NCBI RefSeq assembly: GCF_006345805.1
Contig: NC_043008.1
Location: 13,516,001 to 13,580,000, forward strand
DNA length: 64,000 nt
From: Octopus sinensis
Taxonomy: Eukaryota
Direction of reading: 5' to 3'
The notes beneath the pieces were generated by a model that saw only the letters and a list, made by a program, of their open reading frames with translations, did no database searches and was not told the origin of the DNA. This document shows positions 54,570-64,000 of this stretch, one piece after another. Made by a program: the position numbers and the translations under genes. Each line of letters begins with the position of its first letter. The stretch's first letter is position 1.

Positions 54570-54720
54570 CGTCCCCGTAACTTAGTGATTCGGCAAAAGA
54601 AGCCGATAGAATAAGTACTAGGCTTACATAGAATAAGTCCTGGTGTCGATTTCCTCGACTAAAGGCGCTGCTCCACCATGGCCGAAGTCAAAAATGACTG
54701 AAACAAATAAAAGAGTAAAA
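54570..54720 (+). mobile_element. SINE family B, 3' half
   Basis: CGTCCCCGTAACTTAG...GAATAAGTACTAGGCTTAC...AAAAGAGTAAAA. Confidence 0.8.
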
Positions 54721-55339
54721 TAGTCACTTTGATCAAGTAAAATTATCCAAGGCGGTGCTCCAGCATGGCAGCTGTCTAATTAATGAAACTGCATATTTTA
54801 AAGGAATCTGCTATATCAAGCCATCATTGTTCCGCGAGTAGCCACTCATTGCAGAGATGTATATGTTCTTTTAGTATGTATTGACTCTATAAGGTTAGTC
54901 GCCATCCGGGCAGATGTAATGAAGTATAACAGGTTCAATGAAGGGGGTCTGATATTTTTGTGTGTACACGATTTATTTTATCAGTAGGACATATACATTG
55001 CAAAGTTTGTTGTTCATAATTCGTCCTATCTATGAGATTTGTAGCCAAAACTGAAGCCTAGAGAAAGTGTCCGGCGGGCATTGTGACTGAGTTTCAGACG
55101 AACCGCGCTCAGAATGTATTCCATACAAATAAGATTCAATGTTGGTTTATTCATAAGCTGCAAAGTAACGAAGAGCAGCGGACGAAATATTTGACAGCGT
55201 ATATCTTTGCTCGTGTATGCTGTGAATTGAAATAACATTTAGATGAAGTTGTCGACGATCGTAAATTTGATAAGTTCCTGTCTCAGTATATGCGTTTATA
55301 TACATGCATAAAAGCACAGTTCCTCATAAATTTACATCT

Positions 55340-55468
55340 GTACATATATACATACATATATGCATAAACACGCACACACACACATACACACACACACACA
55401 GACACACACACACACAAAATCTGTACACCACTTCAAATAATCTATAGATAAGCTCACATACACACATG

Positions 55469-55510
<42 letters not shown>

Positions 55511-55603
55511 GGTAGACAGACAGATAGATATATAGACAGACAGACATATATATATAGACGGACAGACATACATATAGATATATCGACAGACAGACAGACA
55601 GAC

Positions 55604-55665
<62 letters not shown>

Positions 55666-55877
55666 GTAGATAGATAGATAGATAGATAGACAGATAGATA
55701 GATAGATACACATGCATATAAGAATAAGCGTATGCATATACAAAAGTTTATTCACACTCATAGTCACACACATGCGCTCTCAAACACACACACACACACT
55801 AACACATTAATACATACACACACGTATCGTTATATATTTTATTTCTATTATACGGCCATAGTGTAAACAAATATCGT

Positions 55878-55927
<50 letters not shown>

Positions 55928-55935
55928 TATATATA
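55340..55935. repeat. Compound (CA)/(GATA)/(GACA)/(TA) microsatellite block
   Basis: Direct reading. Confidence 0.92.
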
Positions 55936-58147
55936 TAATATACCTTACGTACATTGTTTATAAAAGAATTTGTGTATCATTTCCTCTCCTTGGCCATGTT
56001 CCTCTTAAGTATACAAATATCACCACTATCATTATTAACTATCTGTCATTATAATGTAAAAGGATATTTCAGCCTAGAACGTCTTAATTATAATCTTATA
56101 ATCTTTTGCCAGTATGATGAAGTATTTTTAACAAAGACTGAAAAAGATTTGCTCCCTATTTAGATTATAGCGGTTCTGGTATTAATCCTCGTCTTTGTAG
56201 TCACCTATTACTTTGCGTATATTTTTACTATTTATTGTTTATCCTGCATTCCGAATCGTTATATTTTTCATACTGTAGAGCATTCTGTAAGTATTACTTT
56301 CGCCAGTCTGCAGATCTTTATGCTTGCATAACTCATCCGTTCTTTTTGAAGCAGATATTCACTTGTCAGGATGAATGCGCCTTCTTCTGACAGCGTATTT
56401 GAATTAATCAGCATATATAACTTCTATCAAATTTCCATTTTGTCATTCCTAAACAGATCATGTAATGTATATTCTGTAATCTGTTTCCTGCATAAATTCC
56501 ATTTTCTTTTTACACAACCATCATTAGTCGCTTGTTATATATTACTAAAGTATTATTAATGTTATATGGTATTACTTTCTTATATAATATTTCATATCAG
56601 TCGATGGTAAAATAAGTAGGTTATCGAACGTCATTTGTTGTATCTCGGGTGGATTATTATGCCAATTAAAATCACATGCAATAGTCTTTAGATAGGGTAT
56701 GCCCTTGATAAAGTTGCGAACGGTAACAGAGTGACTTTGGCAGATTTGATTAATAAAAAAACCGGTTAGTTAATTGGTTAAATGGTAGATCAATAGGTTA
56801 AAAAAATTAAAGATATGAAACAGAACCAATGAATATATTTATTATAGACATAACGACCCTCCCAATATACAGCAAAATATGCTTCAGCAAACGGTTTCAT
56901 ATCAGGAAAATTTACGAACCTAAAACAAAATCGAAAATAGTTTTTGACAATTAATTAAGACAAGTAAAGTCCGCTTTCGAAACCATCCAGTACATATCAT
57001 TTCCATTCTTCCAATATGCAAGGTAAAAGTATACAAATTATTATACAGTCAATTTTATCTAGTCTTTGACTGAACCCATATTGTGTAGCCCCAATCGAAG
57101 AAATTCGGTACATAAATGTTAAGAGATATGAAAGTAATGTTTGGTTACAACTAAACATTACTTTCATATCTCTTAACATTTATGTACCGATTCCGGGAGT
57201 TTTTAAAGTATATAACTAAGTGTTGACTAAATCATCCCGAAATCAGTTGCTTTAGATTATGTATGCGCAGATGCCATGTACTGATTTCGAAGAGTATTCG
57301 TAGGTGAACGCATTGAAAATACTACAAGTTCACTTCCGATGTAATATATTATTTTACTTGACTAACCTACATGAATGGTAGTATCACAAAGGCTTGCTGG
57401 GAAAGTAACCCGTTATTTACATCTAGACACTGGTATATTTTTGATAGCCTACTGGTTTGATATTTCCCTTATGCTTTCATATGAAGTTGTTTTTTTTCCA
57501 CTTGAAAGCCAGTATTTCAATGATTGCGACGTAATTTGTTGGTGTAATTTGATTCTCCTCACTCTCGTTGATTTCTTTGTTTCTTTTTTATTTTAAGCCC
57601 CCTGTTTTGTTCTTCACCTCATCTTTTATATACCTGTGTACAGGACGTAATTAGAACTTTAAAAAACACCGCGAAACTAAGGCTCGTCTTATATACCCTG
57701 TATAAAATCTGAAACTTAAATTCATCTGGTTTAGAGTAGCATTAATGTCAATGTAAAAAAGTCGACGCATCAGTGGCGTCACTACAGTAGATATGTATTA
57801 TAGTTGGTAATTTACAATATTTGACCACGTTTTGAAAATAACTAGATAAATACTATACAACCAAGACTGAAGAATTGTTGCATACAAAGTTTACTGACTG
57901 AAACATAGTTAAAATGCCATCGAAACACGAGAAAATCAGGAGCCGCCGCAGGGGGAACCAAAGCGCACCCGTCCACTTCAGCTATGAAACTCGAGCCTTC
58001 GGCGCTCGAGCTATTTTGCATGAAAACTTGGGTTAGATTTATATAGCAAGTATGGCTCAAAACTCACACTTTCAATGGAAATCTTGAGGGTCATCTTGTA
58101 AAGCCAGTCATTTTATATAACGATATATATATATATATATATTATTA

Positions 58148-58200
<53 letters not shown>

Positions 58201-58217
58201 GTGGCGATTAAACTACT

Positions 58218-58264
<47 letters not shown>

Positions 58265-58632
58265 ACGTGCGTGTGTATGTATGCTGTATGCATGTATATA
58301 TGTGTGTGACAATACGCTTTTAAAATGTACTTACATATATAAAATTTATTGACGCCTGTTCAAGAACATAAAAAAGTAGCCATTGTTATTTCATTAGATT
58401 CAAAAGCTTTATTTATGTTTTAAAAAGGAGACATAGTAAATACTTTCTTTGCCATAATTCGATTTAAATTCTTACAATTCCATAACAAAATGTATCAGTG
58501 GCGTCTTGCATCTAAAATTAACAGCAAATTTTGGTCTTTTGACAAAAAAATAAAAGCAAGTTGAATAACTTAGAGACGGACATTTGCTAACTATTCGAAA
58601 ATATATTTCGGATTATATTATTTCCGTTGACG

Positions 58633-59041
58633 AAGGCGGCGAGCTGGCAGAAACGTTAGCACACCGGGCGAAATGCTTAGGGGTATTTCGTCTGCCGCTG
58701 CGTTCTGAATTCAAATTCCGCCGAGGTCGACTCAGCCTTTCATCCTTTCGGGGTCGATTAAATAAGTACCAGTTACGCACTGGGGTCGATATAATCGACT
58801 TCATCCTTTTGTCTGTCCTTGTTTGCACCTCTATGTTTAGCCCCTTGTGGGTAGTAAAGAAATAAGAAACGTTTGAACGCCGGGCGAAATGCTTTGCGGT
58901 ACTTTGTCTCGCATTATGTTCTGAATTGAAATTCAGGCTTTCAGGGTCGATAAATTAAGTACCAGTTGCGTACTGAGATCAATCCAATCCACTAGCCCCC
59001 TTCTCAAATATTTCGGACCTTGTGCCTAGAGTAGGAAAGAA
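58633..59041 (+). mobile_element. SINE family A composite (~410 bp) with TSD
   Basis: 14-bp TSD TATTTCCGTTGACG at 58619-58632 and 59042-59055 brackets head, body, tail 1, partial head, partial body and tail 2. Confidence 0.92.
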
Positions 59042-59597
59042 TATTTCCGTTGACGTCATTTCGAGAAAATATATTGCGAGTTTGTTTTATTTTTATTCTT
59101 ATTTTTGCCGATGAAATATGAGGAAAAAAGGTTTAGTTTTAAATCGTCGTATTGTACTCGTTGATCTCTTACCGACATTGCAGATCTTTCTCAGAATATT
59201 ACTGCGGTCACCAAATTGTTGTTAGATCTGTATTCTAATATATTTCGAAGAATGAAATTTCAGCAGATAAATCTACCTGCACTGCATCGAATGCTGTGCA
59301 GAGCGATACCTTGTCATTCACTTCTCACAGTAAGATAATTTATTGATGCTTAATTCTTATATCCATACTACTAATTATCGTTTCGGCCTACCTCTACACT
59401 GCTCCATTTTTCCCTTTCAATCATGTAAAATATGGTAAACGTACACCGGGGAACTCCTTACTTAAAATATGTTATGAAGAGCAGTACGACAGATGATGCC
59501 TAGTAGATGTATGTGGTGAAATTGCTCTCAAGTCAAACCACTAGGGACATAACCAAGACATAGTTTAGATACAACATTCTAAAGTCTCCTTGAACTT

Positions 59598-59654
<57 letters not shown>

Positions 59655-59861
59655 ATATATATATATTTATTTGCGGTAGAAGCTTTGGCTGTTATTTCTA
59701 GTGGGTGAATGGCCTATTATGGCCGTTCCTTAATTGTTAATGTTGAACTTAAAAATGGTCTATGACTATTTAATTTTTTCCCGCTGGGCCGCTGTGGTCA
59801 ATAAAATTCTACAAAATTTTCCTTGCCACCCTATATTGATTAATATATATATATATATATA

Positions 59862-60085
59862 TGAAAAAACAAGTCAAGATAGAAAATGCTACAATAATTT
59901 TATAAAGAACAGTTCAGTACCGGTTTCAATTATTGAGATTTTTTCAACTGTAACAATTAAATTATTAGATTTAGAAAAATTAAGAGAAAAGTTTGTTAAA
60001 AAGAATATTTGTATAGTGTTCAAGTATAAGTGGTATTTTCCTTGTTTCTGCCTGTCTCTCTTGTTTACTCTTGTGGGCTCGAGGT
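59862..60085 (-). mobile_element. Penelope-like fragment in (TA)n with mutated hammerhead
   Basis: Minus 59915-59950 reads CAG TTGAAAA AATCTCAATAATT GAAA CCGG TA CTG; TA arrays on both sides. Confidence 0.45.
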
Positions 60086-60095
60086 CATATATATA

Positions 60096-60145
<50 letters not shown>

Positions 60146-62699
60146 TGAGAGCAATATTCCTTTCATGAATGGAATGTATGTATTCACAGTGTTCCAGTAT
60201 TTCAATTCAATGTGGAAATATTACATATGTTTTGTGTTCATATGTCAAACATAATTCCAATTGTGGTTGTAATAATTTTAAAAGCTATTTTCATCCTTAA
60301 TCAGTTAATTTTAGGTGATTTTAATTTCAATATCACTTACTCTATTCCTAGTTTTTCCTAATCTCTCTCTATATATATACAATGTTTTTTGAGAGCGGCT
60401 CCAAATATAACTATATTTCATAAAAGATATATCGATTGCTTCTGGTCATCCTGAGATATATATATATATATGTATATAATCCAGGTTATATTCTATTGCA
60501 GTGAGTGATTTAACAATCAGTTATTGTATTTCAGCTGTATTTTTTATGATCTCAAAGAAGGTTGAGCATCAAAAGTAAATTAATACTAAAGCGCTTTCTT
60601 AGCTCCGTCGAACAGAGAATTATTTCGAAGCATTCGAGTTAGTATCTCAATATTGTAACGTATTTTATGCTTTTTATGCCCCGGTTTATATTTCCGGTTT
60701 GCTAAAAATATCTTTCTTAAATGTTGGTGTCCTACAGGCATTCTGTTGCAAAATACTATCTGATATAATGCTGTCTGTAATATAGGTGAATGTCAGATTT
60801 AATATTTTGATTGGAAATAATTTTAATAGAACCAACATTGTTAAGAACACTTTTTTTGCAGTTTCTGTATTTTTATATTCATGCAATTTTTTTTTTTTAT
60901 AAAATGTTGGAAGCTTTTATCAATTATAAAAATTACTTTTCCCATATGTTTCTTGTAGCAGTTCCATTTCATTTACATTTCTTTATATTTTATATTTTTC
61001 GTGATCGGAAATTTATTGTCTGTAATGATTTCATTCATTACAATGGTGACATTTCAATTTGGATAATAAAATAATAAATTTACATTTCTATACATATAAA
61101 TATGCATGGATATATGCGTATGAATGTGTGCAATTTATCATTGAATGGAATTCAAAAATCGTTTATAATAATAATATCAAAGCAATGTTTGTAAGAAAGA
61201 AATTGTAATTACTATAATTACTTTATTCAAAGATGTTGATATTTTCAGATGTGACATGCCTGACTAAACTTGAGAAATATCGGCATGCGTCGCTGAACAA
61301 TCCATTAGCAATGACACAGAAATAAATTCATAAAATTAATTCACATCTCAATGCTGTTAAACACTTTATATTTTAATTGATTCAATATTTTCTTGACGTT
61401 CTGCGAATGATTTGCATTTATATAATTTTAACTATGTTTCTATTTTCGTAACAATTTTTATATTACTAGCATCAAACAGCGACAGTTTTTACTTGTATTT
61501 AAATTCATTACATTATTGTTCCTATATTGAATTTATATATATTTATTCATTTTTTCCTCATCAAAACTCAATCATGTTCGAATGCATTTTAATTTAATAA
61601 CAAAATTTAATGTATTATTTTTTCCAATGAGTTTTGCATAATACGTTTCAAAATTTCCAAGTATTTACATGCTTCTGGATTTAAGTATCAAACTTTCAAA
61701 TACCGTATATTTCCTGGGGTTACTGAAGAGTAAATGTTGTCTGTAGGTGTAGGTCAATATCGATGTATATATACAGTAATCCTTATATATTTAATTTTAG
61801 CAATTTAGCAATTAAAAAATAATTTCTGTATAGCATTAAATGATTCCTTAAACTACAAACAACATTATTTTTGTGTTATATTCTCAGATTAAGGCAGGAA
61901 TATATATATGCCTGAAGTATTAAAGGAATTATTCAGTTAGTTCAAGAGTTTTTTAAGAGCACCTAGCATTTACACTTCCTCGAATAAAGTGACAAATAAG
62001 CATTTTTTCTGGAAATTCTATCATGTTATTAAATTCCATTAATTGGTTTGGCAAATATATACACTTATACTTTTTGTGGCGTTGCTACAACGAGAGGAAA
62101 ACATTAAAAAGACATTATGCTTCTAATAAAATTAGTATAGAACATGCAGTAAAAGCTACGAATAACAACAGAAAAAATAAACTGCTTTCAAACGCGGTTC
62201 ACACATCTTTAAAGTACTACCGAACAGATGTTATTGAATTATGAACAAACACGGACTGCACATAAACATGCCTGGCAAGGTAAAAATAAATATTAATTGC
62301 TAATAAACAGACTGATAAAAGCAGTCATGTTTGGAAAACATGTATGTGTATGTAAAATGTTCGTGATAAAGCGTGACAGAAAACTGAAAATATTATCGAT
62401 AAAAGTTGCTGACATCCCCATGATTGCCAATGGATCACATTTCTGCTGCATTTCTGATTCTGCTTGAGAGAAATAGTGATTACTATCCATCCTAGACTAA
62501 ATATTAAATAAATATTGGACGAGGTTCTCAAGGAACAGAAGTTAAAAATTCATTCAGATCATATGGAATTTAGTTAGGTGGCAACTCTTAAATGTAAAGA
62601 GCTTACTTTTTTTTTTCAATGTGCCGGCCTCTACACGGAGTGAGCTTCATGAAAAATGACAATATCCTGTAAACATGCAGAGGTGCGCAACCAACTGTG

Positions 62700-64000
62700 A
62701 TTATAATGTACGAACCCAAATACATGTGGTTGCTGAGATAGGGATTATAGATTAGAGGCCATTGAAATGTTCTTGATAGACACCACCTTGAAGTGGATGA
62801 ACTTGTGGCTTGACGAAATATTGACTAAATTCGTAGATTTGCTACTGGAAAAAAGATGTCAAAAGCACCCCAACCGATACCAGTGAAGAAATTTTGTATA
62901 AAGACGACAAATAAAGTATTTAGTAACAAATAAAGGAATTAAATAGATTTGCCTGTATAAGCCTGGCATCTTCATTTTTTATTTCTCCCATGAGAATGGT
63001 GCCAAAAAAGCACTCGCTAGATGGGGCCCATTTTTATGACTACCTGATTATTTATGTCAACCAGAATCGGCTTTGATTAAGAAAGTCTTCCAGCACCCAT
63101 GGCTGATGGAGATAACTATATTTATCAAGGCTTGTGGGAGCGTGATTAGCCACAAGACTCTTTTATTCATCCATCTCATTCTAGAATCACATTACTGAAT
63201 GTTGTATGCACTTCCGGTGAACGTGATGCCAAAGAATATAATACTTCCTTTGACAGCTTTCAGTTTCAACTTAAGCATATTTTCTCTTACTTGTCGCTAT
63301 TCATTCTGAAGCCGTCAGCGCCTAATCGAGATATGTGCAGTGAAAATCTTGCCTAACAGAAAAACATCTCGAAATCCGCCAGGGAACCCTCTGCCATCTA
63401 ATTAATGAAGATGTATACATCTCCATTTCAGTAAAACTTTGGTTTTGTAAAGATATAATACCCTATAATGAAAGAGCGCATCTAAATAAGCAATCAATTT
63501 GAGATCAGGTTATTCTAGAATGGACTGTAATCTATACATTCAAATGCAAATATTATCGCTCTTGGTATTTTCAAATTTGGTGAAGGACCCTGCTAAAGTT
63601 AATAGATGTTGTTGACAACTACATTGATATTCTCGCTTACATTGGTCATTACGAAATGTATATAGTAAATGCTAATAAATATTTTTACGCAGTAACCGTG
63701 CATTTGATATTCTTGACGCTAATATTAGGTGCCATCGACCCTTTCCCAAGAAGGTGCAGTGTGTCTTTCCAGTCCACTGAAGAGATAACATGTTCCAAAC
63801 AAGATCAGCAAAATGGTGCACACAGATCACACGTATGAAAAATGTGGAGTGAAGGCCATCTTCATCATTGGTCAGTACTTCACATCTACACCTATGGATT
63901 TGTATGTCCACAGAACTATGCACAACGCATCTACAGATCCCACATTGTCCAGATTTAGAGAAAACCATAACTCAACTGTGTCGCTAATTGTGGATAAGTA
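62700..64000 (+). mobile_element. Heavily decayed RTE-like LINE reverse transcriptase region
   Basis: Collinear but frameshifted remnants: ICYWKK..ILYKD (~62840), NKGIK*ICLYKPGI (~62925), PES (63061), YQGLWE (~63125), DVVDNY (~63606), RAF (~63700) and a LW..HVHR-like patch (~63895). Confidence 0.45.

Overview
AT-rich, repeat-saturated eukaryotic DNA, probably intronic or intergenic. The SINE families and the dense (TA)n/(GATA)n/(TAA)n microsatellites look like octopus or another cephalopod (inferred from my recollection of those SINEs, not from a search). I could not identify any host protein-coding gene; nearly all long ORFs in the track are microsatellite or SINE read-throughs. The window supports about 25 tRNA-derived SINE copies in four families (several with 12-18 bp target-site duplications) and a ~3.5 kb fossil Helitron Rep/helicase on the minus strand (45.1-48.65 kb). 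It also holds three R4/Dong-like LINE 3' fragments joined to (TAA)n arrays, an internally deleted Tc1/mariner element, other mariner remnants, a non-autonomous Helitron-like element and a decayed RTE-like reverse transcriptase. The best lead is an intact-looking minimal type I hammerhead ribozyme (41718-41760, minus strand). It is one of several short hammerhead-bearing, Penelope-like terminal fragments embedded in (TA)n arrays. These signals fit known element classes, so novelty would be at family level only and needs database searches. All translations and alignments were done by eye.
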